Shown here piece after piece: positions 55,933 to 64,000 of a stretch of DNA of 64,000 nucleotides. Source of the stretch: Candidatus Curtissbacteria bacterium RIFOXYA1_FULL_41_14 (GTDB lineage: Bacteria; Patescibacteriota; Microgenomatia; Curtissbacterales; GWA2-41-24); the NCBI GenBank assembly GCA_001775095.1, contig MFCA01000022.1, forward strand, positions 2,162-66,161, given 5' to 3'. Numbering within the stretch: the first letter of the stretch is position 1; the number at the start of each line of letters is the position of its first letter. Position numbers and translations under genes: made by a program. The notes beneath the pieces are model-generated. The model did no database searches. It was not told the origin of the DNA and saw only the letters and a program-made list of their open reading frames with translations.

Positions 55933-57219
55933 ATGAAGCTTTACGAGTTTGAAGGACATCGGATTCTTGCAAAAGTCGGGATAGAAAGCCCTTTTTTTGT
56001 TGCTTGTTCGAATTTAGACGAGGTAAAACAGGCTCGCAAACGTCTTAAATTTCCAATGGTTGCCAAAGTGCAAGTACTTTCCGGCAGGCGGGGCAAGTCT
56101 GGCGGAGTAAAATTTCTCTCAAACGAGAAACAACTTTTAACCTTTGCAAAAGAAATGTTTGGGAACAAATTTAATGGGGAGGACGTCAGATTTATAAGTT
56201 TTTCTAAAAAAATCGAGATCGAAAAAGAACTCTACCTTTCGATTGCCTACGATACTATCAAAAAAAATCCCTTTTTTCTTTTTTGTGAAGAGGGTGGCGT
56301 TGATATCGAAGAGGTAAAAAAGAGGAGTCCTGAAAAGATTGTTAGAGTAGATATTGATTCGTTGACCGGACCGACGAAAAAGAATCTGGAAGCGCTGTTT
56401 AGGCATGAACTCGTCGATTTTGCAACCCGTCTTTGGGATGCTTTTTGGCGATTTGATTGCCGTATGGTGGAGATTAACCCGTTAGCACTTGTCAGAGAAT
56501 CTGGATCTCACCCCCGGATTGAAGTCAAGACGAAATCTGGGGTGCACCTCGGGGATGGGCATAGTTATGTCGCTATTGATGCCAAAATCATCCTTGACGA
56601 TGCAGGTTTGGCAAGACATCGCGATTTGGATGTTTTGCCAAAGGGCGCAGCGAGTGCGGTACCGACAGAGAGAGAACTGGCAGCAAGAAAGGTTGATGAA
56701 GGTGACTGGCGGGGAACCGCCGGCTCTATTTTTATTGAGCTTGACGGTGACATCGCTGTTTTAGCGTCCGGCGGCGGAGCCAGTCTTTTGACAATGGATG
56801 CGCTGACTTCAGCCGGCGGTAAAGGGGCAAACTATACTGAATATTCTGGTAATCCACCGGCAGAAAAAGTTGAAAAATTAACAAAAATTACTTTGGATAG
56901 AGAAAATCTCAGCGGGTGTTTAGTTTGTGGAGCAGTAGCCAACTTTACAGACATTTATGAAACCTTAAAAGGTTTTACTGAGGGTTTAAGGCAGGTCAGA
57001 CCAAAGCCAAGTTATCCAATCGTCATCCGACGGGGAGGTCCGGGACAGGAGAAGATATACGAAGTAATTGGCAAGATTGCCCAAAAAGAAGATTACGACA
57101 TTCATCTTTTTGGGCCTGAGACACCGATATCAGTTGCGTGTCAAAAGATGGTAGAACTATCTAACGACTATAAAATTCGAAATCCGAAGTACGAAAGTAA
57201 AATCGATTCGTATGATTAG
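55933..57219 (+). CDS. ATP-grasp citryl-CoA synthetase / ATP-citrate lyase beta-type subunit
   Basis: KLYEFEG, GRRGKSGG, EINPL, DAK; citrate-binding-type GGGAS, NYTEYSGNP, ANFTD, RRGGP. Confidence 0.85.
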   Translation: MKLYEFEGHRILAKVGIESPFFVACSNLDEVKQARKRLKFPMVAKVQVLSGRRGKSGGVKFLSNEKQLLTFAKEMFGNKFNGEDVRFISFSKKIEIEKELYLSIAYDTIKKNPFFLFCEEGGVDIEEVKKRSPEKIVRVDIDSLTGPTKKNLEALFRHELVDFATRLWDAFWRFDCRMVEINPLALVRESGSHPRIEVKTKSGVHLGDGHSYVAIDAKIILDDAGLARHRDLDVLPKGAASAVPTERELAARKVDEGDWRGTAGSIFIELDGDIAVLASGGGASLLTMDALTSAGGKGANYTEYSGNPPAEKVEKLTKITLDRENLSGCLVCGAVANFTDIYETLKGFTEGLRQVRPKPSYPIVIRRGGPGQEKIYEVIGKIAQKEDYDIHLFGPETPISVACQKMVELSNDYKIRNPKYESKIDSYD

Positions 57220-57285
57220 TATCCATTAGTATATTGGTATCAATGCTAATATACGAATTTATGCTAATTATACAAATATGAGTAT

Positions 57286-58176
57286 ATGGCCATTTTAGTC
57301 AATAGAGATACGCGAGTTTTAATTCAAGGAGTTACAGGTAGATCAGGAACGCAAGTTACGGGCGAGCTATTGGACTATGGTATGAGAGTACTTGCAGGAG
57401 TAACTCCGGGTAAGGGCGGCCAAGAGATAGAGGCGGTGCCGGTTTTTAATTCAATCAAAGAAGCGGTTGAACAAATCGGACCAGTTGACGTCTCGATGGT
57501 TTATGTTCCGCCACTTCTTGCTTATGAAGCAGCGATTGAAGCGATTGAAGCGCAAATTCCCTTAATCCACATTTTCGCCGAGAAAATTCCGATTTTTGAT
57601 ACTTGCCGAATTCTTTCGATGGCCGCTAAAAAAAACGTCCGGGTTTTAGGACCGGCTTCAGTCGGAGCAATTTCTCCAGGCGAAGGTAAGATTGGTTCAA
57701 TCGGCGGACCCAAGCCGGAGGCAGTTTTTTCAAAAGGACCGGTCGGTGTAGTTTCCAGGTCTGGCGGGATGTGTGCCGAGCTTGGTCTTTTAATTTCAAA
57801 TGCCGGTCTTGGGCAGTCAACGGTTGTTGGTATCGGCGGGGATTTGCTTATTGGAATGGACTTATCCGATGTGCTTTTGAATTTTGAGGCAGATGCGCAA
57901 ACAAAAGTTGTGGTGGCTTTTGGTGAAGTTGGGGGTAGTCAAGAGATAGAAGCTAGTAGACTTTTGAAAAATGGCCAGGTAACTAAACCTGTAATTGTTT
58001 TTCTGGCAGGAACTTTTGCTGAAAGTTTGCCAAAAGATACCAGTCTTGGTCATGCCGGAGCTATTGTCGGTCTGGAAACAACAATGAAGGAAAAGATCAA
58101 GACGCTTAAAGATTGCGGTGCAGTTGTTGCCGAAAAATTTGAAGACATACCATTACTAATTAAAAAGTCTCTATAA
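57286..58176 (+). CDS. CoA-binding alpha subunit (SucD-like) of the citrate-cleavage system
   Basis: IQGVTG, GVTPGKGG, SRSGG, GIGGD, GHAGA phospho-His. Confidence 0.88.
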   Translation: MAILVNRDTRVLIQGVTGRSGTQVTGELLDYGMRVLAGVTPGKGGQEIEAVPVFNSIKEAVEQIGPVDVSMVYVPPLLAYEAAIEAIEAQIPLIHIFAEKIPIFDTCRILSMAAKKNVRVLGPASVGAISPGEGKIGSIGGPKPEAVFSKGPVGVVSRSGGMCAELGLLISNAGLGQSTVVGIGGDLLIGMDLSDVLLNFEADAQTKVVVAFGEVGGSQEIEASRLLKNGQVTKPVIVFLAGTFAESLPKDTSLGHAGAIVGLETTMKEKIKTLKDCGAVVAEKFEDIPLLIKKSL

Positions 58177-58236
58177 ACATCCTTATAAATATCTGAAAGC
58201 CCTGTTTAGCATTATTGATTTTGATTTTGATGATTA

Positions 58237-58381
58237 TTTATATTCGCTCGCAGAACACCGTGGACTATTAGTCCACGGATGAGGAGCGAGAGAATACATA
58301 CTTCCGAGGAGCGGGATGTTCTGCTCGCTCATGTAAACTTAAAGAACAATACCGAGGGCTCTTAGCCCTCGGAAGTTTATA
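58237..58381 (+). mobile_element. Family A palindromic element, copy 2 (intergenic)
   Basis: Diverged reverse complement of 19660-19803, also bounded by TTTATA repeats. Confidence 0.9.
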
Positions 58382-58383
58382 AT

Positions 58384-58417
58384 ATTTGTATCCGTGAATT
58401 AATTCATAGATACAAAT
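58384..58417. promoter_or_regulatory. 34-bp palindrome overlapping the TrpR-like start codon
   Basis: ATTTGTATCCGTGAATT-AATTCATAGATACAAAT. Confidence 0.75.
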
Positions 58418-58853
58418 GGCGCAAATTTCTAAAAGACAATTAGGCAGGAAACTTGAGTTGAAAGTTTACGATTCTTTTTGGAGAGTAATAGCAAATATTA
58501 AAAATAGAGAAGAGGTCTCTGACTTTTTTTCCGACTGTTTGACTCGAACCGAGCGGGTTTATTTGGCAAAAAGGATGGCTATCGCGGTACTTTTGTCAAA
58601 AGGTTATGATTACCGATCTATAAGTAATATGTTAAAAGTTTCCACAGGGACGGTGGGAAGAGTGGCAAGTAAAATAGAAGAGAAAGGCTGGAAACTTTTT
58701 GTCAGGAAACTCGAGGGTTTAGAAGATTGGGATAAGTTTTGGCATGATATGGAGAAACTTTTGATGAGGTCTACAGGTGCAGGGAGAAGGATGTTTTTAA
58801 GCGAGGAAGAAATCGAAGGTATCGTCAGGAAGCATAAAAGATTGTCTTCATGA
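58416..58853 (+). CDS. YerC/YecD TrpR-related protein
   Basis: LTRTERVYLAKRMAIAVLL...Y..I...LKVSTGTV. Confidence 0.9.
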   Translation: MAQISKRQLGRKLELKVYDSFWRVIANIKNREEVSDFFSDCLTRTERVYLAKRMAIAVLLSKGYDYRSISNMLKVSTGTVGRVASKIEEKGWKLFVRKLEGLEDWDKFWHDMEKLLMRSTGAGRRMFLSEEEIEGIVRKHKRLSS

Positions 58854-58871
58854 ATTAATTCATGAAGACAA
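58842..58871. promoter_or_regulatory. Perfect 30-bp palindrome overlapping the TrpR-like stop codon
   Basis: TTGTCTTCATGAATT-AATTCATGAAGACAA. Confidence 0.75.
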
Positions 58872-59022
58872 GGTTCTTTTTGATTTTAAAAATGTAGTTT
58901 TAAGTTTCATGACTGAAAGAGAAGATCTCGATTCTGATTTTGAACTCACCAGGGGAGTTTGCTTTTCAGGGCGAAGATGGGCGAAGCTAGAATGATTAGC
59001 TGAATTTAGGTATACTTAAACC

Positions 59023-59763
59023 GTGATGCCAAAGCCGTACCGGACTTCAATAACCACCCATGCTGATGGTTCACCTCATGTATACGGTTATGATCTGACA
59101 AAGCTTGCCGGGAATACCTCTTTTGCCAAGGCTATCTACCTTATTCTTAAAGGTCAAATGCCGGATAAGGCGAGCGAGAAGATGTTTGAGGCGATGTTAA
59201 CGATCGCTATCGATCACGGTGTTGAACCTCCATCAGTTGTTGCTGCAAGAAACGTTTCTTCGGGCGGTAGTCCAATTCAGGCGGCGGTTGCGGCCGGGGT
59301 ACTGGCGCTTGGGGAATTTCACGGAGGAGCAATTGAGAAGGCGATGGAAAATTTTAAAAAATATCAGGGTGTTGGGGTTAAGATAATGGTTGATGATTTT
59401 AACAAAAATGGCGAGCGTATTTCCGGTTTCGGCCATCGACTATATGCTGACGATCCCAGAACGCAAAGGCTTTTAGAAATTGCCAAGGAACTTGGTTTTT
59501 TCGGTAAATATGTCAAATTTGCTCTTGAAGTTGAAGCAGAAATTTCCAAAGAGTCAAAAAAATTACCTCTTAATATCGACGGATGTTTTTCAGTACTGCT
59601 CTTGGAAATGGGATTCAATCCCAAGGTCGCCAACGGTATTTTTATAATTGCCAGAACACCGGGGTTGGTGGCTCACGTAGTTGAGGAAACCTTGCGTGAG
59701 AAACCGGCAAGGCGGTTAACCGAAAACGATGTGGAATATGACGGACCAAGACCGAGACGGTAA
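59023..59763 (+). CDS. Citryl-CoA lyase (citrate synthase fold)
   Basis: DHGVEPPS, HGGA, GFGHR, DPR, NIDG, IAR.PG..AH. Confidence 0.88.
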   Translation: MMPKPYRTSITTHADGSPHVYGYDLTKLAGNTSFAKAIYLILKGQMPDKASEKMFEAMLTIAIDHGVEPPSVVAARNVSSGGSPIQAAVAAGVLALGEFHGGAIEKAMENFKKYQGVGVKIMVDDFNKNGERISGFGHRLYADDPRTQRLLEIAKELGFFGKYVKFALEVEAEISKESKKLPLNIDGCFSVLLLEMGFNPKVANGIFIIARTPGLVAHVVEETLREKPARRLTENDVEYDGPRPRR

Positions 59764-60028
59764 ATTGATCTAATATCAGCTAAACTTCAATTATTATAAT
59801 TAATATAAAAATCTAATGAAGTTTACTGATATATCAGATTCGCCGAAGGCGAAGGCTGATATTAACCTAATGACTTAACAAAATCCTAAACTCTAAATTC
59901 TAAACTCTAAACAATATCAAAATTCAAATGTTCCAAAAAATAATTAAACTTAAAATTGTTTTGAATTTTGTATTTTGATTATTTGGATTTATTTAGGATT
60001 TAGGATTTAGAAATTAGAAATTTCAAAT
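59763..60028 (+). mobile_element. ~260-bp composite element, copy 2
   Basis: Aligns with the reverse complement of 35978-36240. Confidence 0.88.
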
Positions 60029-60553
60029 ATGATTATTTTTGGCATTGATCCTGGGACAGCTACAACTGGCTATGGGGTTATAAAGAAAGTTAAAAGCTCT
60101 CTCGAATTGGTAGATTACGGGTGCATAAGTACATGTAAAGATGACCCAATGCCCTTGAGGTTATATAGTATCCAAAAATCTTTAAAGAGCTTACTCAGAC
60201 AGTTTAATCCTGATTGTGTTGTTGTAGAGCAATTGTTCTTTGGTGCGAATTCCCGTACTGCAATGACTGTTGGACAAGCAAGGGGAGTAGTGCTCTCGTC
60301 CGTTGCGTCCTATAGGCTTCCCATATTTGAATACCAGGGATTACATGTTAAACATACTTTAACTGGAAATGGCAGGGCAGACAAAAAAGAAATCCAAAAA
60401 TCGGTGATGAAATACTTGAGAAAAAGAACATTGAGAAAACCGACAAACGGATATCTTGACGACGCAGCTGATGCCTTAGCCGTGGCAATTTGTCATGCGA
60501 TTAAGATTAAAGGTAACAAAAGTGTCAAAGCTGACAAAAGTGTCAAAGGCTAG
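60029..60553 (+). CDS. ruvC: Holliday junction resolvase
   Basis: GIDPG..TTGYG, VEQLFF, GQARG, DDAADALAVAICH. Confidence 0.97.
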   Translation: MIIFGIDPGTATTGYGVIKKVKSSLELVDYGCISTCKDDPMPLRLYSIQKSLKSLLRQFNPDCVVVEQLFFGANSRTAMTVGQARGVVLSSVASYRLPIFEYQGLHVKHTLTGNGRADKKEIQKSVMKYLRKRTLRKPTNGYLDDAADALAVAICHAIKIKGNKSVKADKSVKG

Positions 60554-60607
60554 CTGCTTCTGATACTTCTGATACTTTTGATACTTTTGATACTTTTGAT
60601 ACCTCTG
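60509..60607. repeat. Inverted arrays of 9-mer repeats straddling the ruvC stop
   Basis: aaaggtaac aaaagtgtc aaagctgac aaaagtgtc ... (cttYtgata)x5. Confidence 0.8.
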
Positions 60608-60618
60608 GAGGTGGGGAA

Positions 60619-61443
60619 GTGACGATATTTAAGCCATTAAAAAAAATATTCTCGGGATTTATTTCCTGGGAGATAACTAAAAGGCAGAAGTTTATTCTGA
60701 TGTCTTTTTTTTTGACAGTCGTTTTAATTACGACTCAAACAGTCGGCGAAAATTTACGATATCAGACGATCGGTTTCTTAGCAATATCTGCCGCTTTTTT
60801 GGCGATCTTCGCTCTTTGGGGTGAACTCTCGGGGATTAAGTATTTTTTACTTCTTTTATTGCCTGTATATTTTGTGGCTGGAGCCTCACTTTTTTATTTT
60901 TTACTGCCGGTTAGATGGTTAACCAGGTTGCCTTTTGCATTTCTTTTTGGAATTTCTGTTTATCTTCTAATGTTAACCGCAAACATCTATAACGTGGCTG
61001 CGATACGGACAATCGCGCTACTTCGCGCTGCTCATGCTGTTGGACTTCTGTTTTCCCTGGTATCGACTTTTTTTCTTGCCAATGTCCTTTTTTCACTGCA
61101 TCTTCCATTTTATCTTGTGTCAGGGGGTTCAATTTTAATAACCTTACCGATTTATTTAGTAGGGCTTTGGTCTTATGAGCTTGAGGATTTTCTTTCCCGA
61201 AAGGTTTTCGTCTATACTGTTGTTTTTACTTTTGTGACAGCCCAAATCGCACTTGTGCTTTCATTCTGGCCGATCGCGCCGATAAATGGGGCTTTGCTTT
61301 TGGCTACAATTATGTATGTTCTTCTGGGTCTTGCGAGGTTGGATTTTGAGGGAAGGTTAAAAAGTAGGGTGGTCTGGGAACATGTGGTCGTGGCTTTTGT
61401 CGTTTTTGTGATTATTTTGATGACGACACGGTGGGGAGGCTAG
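60619..61443 (+). CDS. Multi-pass membrane protein (DUF5656-like)
   Basis: LTANIYNVAAIRTIALLRAA, LSFWP. Confidence 0.75.
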   Translation: MTIFKPLKKIFSGFISWEITKRQKFILMSFFLTVVLITTQTVGENLRYQTIGFLAISAAFLAIFALWGELSGIKYFLLLLLPVYFVAGASLFYFLLPVRWLTRLPFAFLFGISVYLLMLTANIYNVAAIRTIALLRAAHAVGLLFSLVSTFFLANVLFSLHLPFYLVSGGSILITLPIYLVGLWSYELEDFLSRKVFVYTVVFTFVTAQIALVLSFWPIAPINGALLLATIMYVLLGLARLDFEGRLKSRVVWEHVVVAFVVFVIILMTTRWGG

Positions 61444-62464
61444 GGATTTTGGTCTTTCCGGTATTAACAATAAGCATCTTTTTATTTTTAGGTAGTCTAT
61501 CTTTCATTTGTAACATTAAGGCGAGTCCGGCAATTCCAGAAGCTTCACAGCTGATTTTTTGTGATGACGCAATCTTAATTGTCTCATCTAAGAAATTTTC
61601 TTTTATCAGGTAAACATTTGATTCCGGGCCGCAGAATCCCGCATATCTATATAATCGTATCCATTGCTCATCGTAGTGTACAAAAGGCAGGTGTGGGGAA
61701 TAAAGCTTGTCGGCTTTTGAATTCGGGTTATTGGTTGTAGCGCCCATAAAGTTGCATCTTCGCAGTATTTCAACGTTCCCTTTAAATCGGGGATCGTGAT
61801 TTTCTGTTGAAACCTCTTTCTTGTTAGTATTCAAAATATTTTCATACAAGTTTCCAGTACCAAAGGGGATAAAAACATAATCCGGGTTGTTGTTAATAGT
61901 TTCATAGCTCATCCAGTCATAAAACCTGGTTGTCGGGTCTAGCGCCTCATTTGAAGTTATATCAAAACCTTCAGGGTTATGAGTCAGAGTTAGAATTTCC
62001 CGCCAACTATACGGCTTTTTGGACAGGTCTGTTTCGTAGATCTCGCAGCCTATTTTCTTAAGAGTTTTTAGGATATTGGGTTCAATAAAATTGACATCGA
62101 CTAAAACTTTTAGATTTGGTAATTGGTATTTTTTCAATTGTGTTTGGATAGCAATTGCAGCAGAGCCGGAGGAGATAATTGACATCTGAGGTAATGGTCC
62201 TTTGATTTGGCTGCATTTTTTGGCTAGTAAAAAATCACGGTAAGTGACAGCAATTTCCCAGGCCATTCGATCTTTGTGAGTGCCAGTTGGGTTAATACTT
62301 TCGTCTTTTAGCCAGACATTAGAAAAATCGCGGACTTTTATTCTATATGTAGGCGTTGCCGGGAATTTGGGGTTATCGGGAGGGAATTCCGGTTTTTTGG
62401 GATTGTTTTCAGAGGCGACAAATATTGACTTTAATAACTTTTCCTCTGCTTTTGATAGAGACAT
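61412..62464 (-). CDS. PLP-dependent fold-type II enzyme (threonine synthase/dehydratase-like)
   Basis: KDESINPTGTHKDR, SSGSAA, PFGTG, EASG, VNTG; start uncertain. Confidence 0.85.
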   Translation of the reverse strand: MSLSKAEEKLLKSIFVASENNPKKPEFPPDNPKFPATPTYRIKVRDFSNVWLKDESINPTGTHKDRMAWEIAVTYRDFLLAKKCSQIKGPLPQMSIISSGSAAIAIQTQLKKYQLPNLKVLVDVNFIEPNILKTLKKIGCEIYETDLSKKPYSWREILTLTHNPEGFDITSNEALDPTTRFYDWMSYETINNNPDYVFIPFGTGNLYENILNTNKKEVSTENHDPRFKGNVEILRRCNFMGATTNNPNSKADKLYSPHLPFVHYDEQWIRLYRYAGFCGPESNVYLIKENFLDETIKIASSQKISCEASGIAGLALMLQMKDRLPKNKKMLIVNTGKTKIPSLPTVSSSK

Positions 62465-62563
62465 ATTGTGACCAAATAATAACACTATTGAATTTTACAC
62501 TTCAAGTTACAAAAGCCCTATAGTTTGACATGACTCTTTGGATTTTATATAATCTCACTTGAG

Positions 62564-63409
62564 ATGAGTGCAGAAAGAACGGTAAGTACAGGTTTAATCC
62601 CACCCGTAGAGTCGGTTACAGGGACCGGGGAAGCAGCACAACCCGTTTTTAAAAAGACGCCTTTGATGCGCAGGATAGAGGAAAGATGTGCTAAGCCTGG
62701 TGAACCAATCGACGAATTTCTTCATAGATTGTACGTTGATAAAAGTCAAAGTCTCACAGCAATTGCTCAGGCATTTCGTGAAAGCGATTGTAGTGTAAAT
62801 TACACTACAATTGGTCGTTGGCTAGAAAATTTTTTCCCCAAAATTCAAATAAGAAGAGGATATCTTGGGCAAGATCCTGAAAGAAGAAGACAAATGTCTC
62901 AGAGAATCAGAAAATCTCGGGTAAGTAATCCTGATATGTACAGGAGGTTAAGAGAGGATAGAAGGAGACGTTTTGAGGAAAACGTAGCCAGATCATTTGG
63001 TAAAGATCCTAGAGAGTTTGTAACTCGGATGGTTGTAGGCGAGAATCTTTCTGTGCCAGAGATAGCCACCAGGATTGGGCAATCGACTTATTTTGTTAGG
63101 AGAGTAGTTAGAGAATACAAAGTTGAACCTAAACCCAGACGTCGAAGGCTAATACACAATGAATTTGAAGAAAGAAGAAAAATGATAAGGCAGGCAAATG
63201 ACGACGGATTGCTTGAGCGATTAACTCCCGAGCAGCGAAAGGTATTATTAGCCCGTTATCCCGAGGAGGGCATTGTTCCTACACAAATAGAAGTTGCGCG
63301 GGGTTTGCATTTAACCTTCCGCCAGCAAGTCTGGCAGTGTGAAAGAGATGGCCTTGCCGATATCGAAAGATTATTAGCATTGGACTCTAACCGCACAACC
63401 AACCTATAG
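62564..63409 (+). CDS. Multi-HTH protein with sigma70 region-4-like C-terminus
   Basis: SLTAIA..., LSVPEIA..., LTPEQRKVLLARY...TQIEVA...RQQVWQCE. Confidence 0.65.
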   Translation: MSAERTVSTGLIPPVESVTGTGEAAQPVFKKTPLMRRIEERCAKPGEPIDEFLHRLYVDKSQSLTAIAQAFRESDCSVNYTTIGRWLENFFPKIQIRRGYLGQDPERRRQMSQRIRKSRVSNPDMYRRLREDRRRRFEENVARSFGKDPREFVTRMVVGENLSVPEIATRIGQSTYFVRRVVREYKVEPKPRRRRLIHNEFEERRKMIRQANDDGLLERLTPEQRKVLLARYPEEGIVPTQIEVARGLHLTFRQQVWQCERDGLADIERLLALDSNRTTNL

Positions 63410-63432
63410 TTTTTATTGGGGAAGAGGGAGGT

Positions 63433-63468
63433 TAACATTTGACATTTGACAATTGACAAATGACATTA
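63433..63468. repeat. Heptamer (TGACAWW)n array; second array at 63812-63846
   Basis: taacatt tgacatt tgacaat tgacaaa tgacatt. Confidence 0.75.
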
Positions 63469-64000
63469 GGTACAAGTTAGCTTCAAAAATTTTTCCAAAA
63501 AAATAAAGGCAGGGCAGGCGGAGTAGGGGGTGTAGTTTACATCAAGCGAAGCGAGATGATATAGTTTGATACAAAGCGTGAAAAAGGGTCAAAGGAAAGC
63601 GTGAAAAACATTATCGAGTCATAGACTATTAACTATAAGGTGTTGTTGATTTCTACCTGCAAAGTTATAATCGGGCTTGGACATAGAGAACTATAAGGTT
63701 CTTTATTCTCTAAACTCAGCCTTGGGTCTCTTTTTAAGCAGATGATGACTATGGGTGCTAAGGGTTCAAAATAGCGTTTTGAGAGGTTTCGGGGGAAGTG
63801 CCTTTTGAGGGCACAATTGACAATTAACAATTGACATTTAACATTTTTCTTTTGCATCTTTTGTCCTATTACTCCCTACGGAAAAGAGACTAATGTTGCT
63901 GTTGCCTATACGTCGCACAATGATACTTTTGCGACGTAAGTCGTGCGCGAATAGGGCGCAAAGCTGGTTTTCTGGTTGCTGTTCTCTGGTTGCTGTTTTC

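Noticed and set aside
57278-57294. Possible fourth duplicated start (ATGAGTAT before ATGGCCATT of the SucD-like gene)
   Set aside because: Fewer than three codons, too short to tell from chance.
55933-58176. sucC/sucD annotation
   Set aside because: The beta subunit has ACL-type citrate-binding motifs and a citryl-CoA lyase lies nearby, so no suc symbols were given.
440-63459. Numerous short ORFs overlapping or antisense to recognised genes
   Set aside because: They shadow well-supported CDS and have no motifs of their own.
63633-63857. 74-aa ORF MQKKNVKCQLLIVNC
   Set aside because: The N-terminus is a translation of a heptamer array; nothing else supports coding.
1-64000. Alternative genetic code, prophage or diversity-generating retroelement
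   Set aside because: Conserved genes end normally at TGA, TAA or TAG; no phage, integrase or reverse transcriptase genes; the duplicated starts differ mostly at synonymous sites rather than specifically at adenines.

Overview
A 64 kb chromosomal segment (standard genetic code, ~38-40% GC by eye) whose gene content and style point to a Patescibacteria/CPR genome, probably Microgenomates (inference). It holds about 80 CDS: housekeeping genes (ychF-rpsF-ssb-rpsR, prfA, rpmE, a short hisS, dnaB, efp, lspA, yebC, ruvC), a MEP cluster ispG-ispE-ispF-ispD, quinone-type pyrD, a three-gene citrate-cleavage system, type II toxin-antitoxin genes, many orphans and one tRNA-Leu(CAA). I see no rRNA, CRISPR array, integrase or transposase. 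The most striking signal lies outside the gene list. (1) At least three genes are preceded by a second, diverged copy of their own first 7-10 codons (a purely synonymous recoding at yebC). In two of them the upstream copy is cut off exactly by the same small ATATCAG...CTGATAT hairpin element. (2) About ten families of small palindromic or tandem-repeat elements recur through the window, nest inside one another, and sit in frame inside at least ten proteins, including RF1, YchF, SSB, IspF and an oxidoreductase with a clean 138-bp insertion. (3) A TrpR-like gene is bracketed exactly by twin ~30-bp palindromes. All product calls come from motif recognition by eye; no database was searched.
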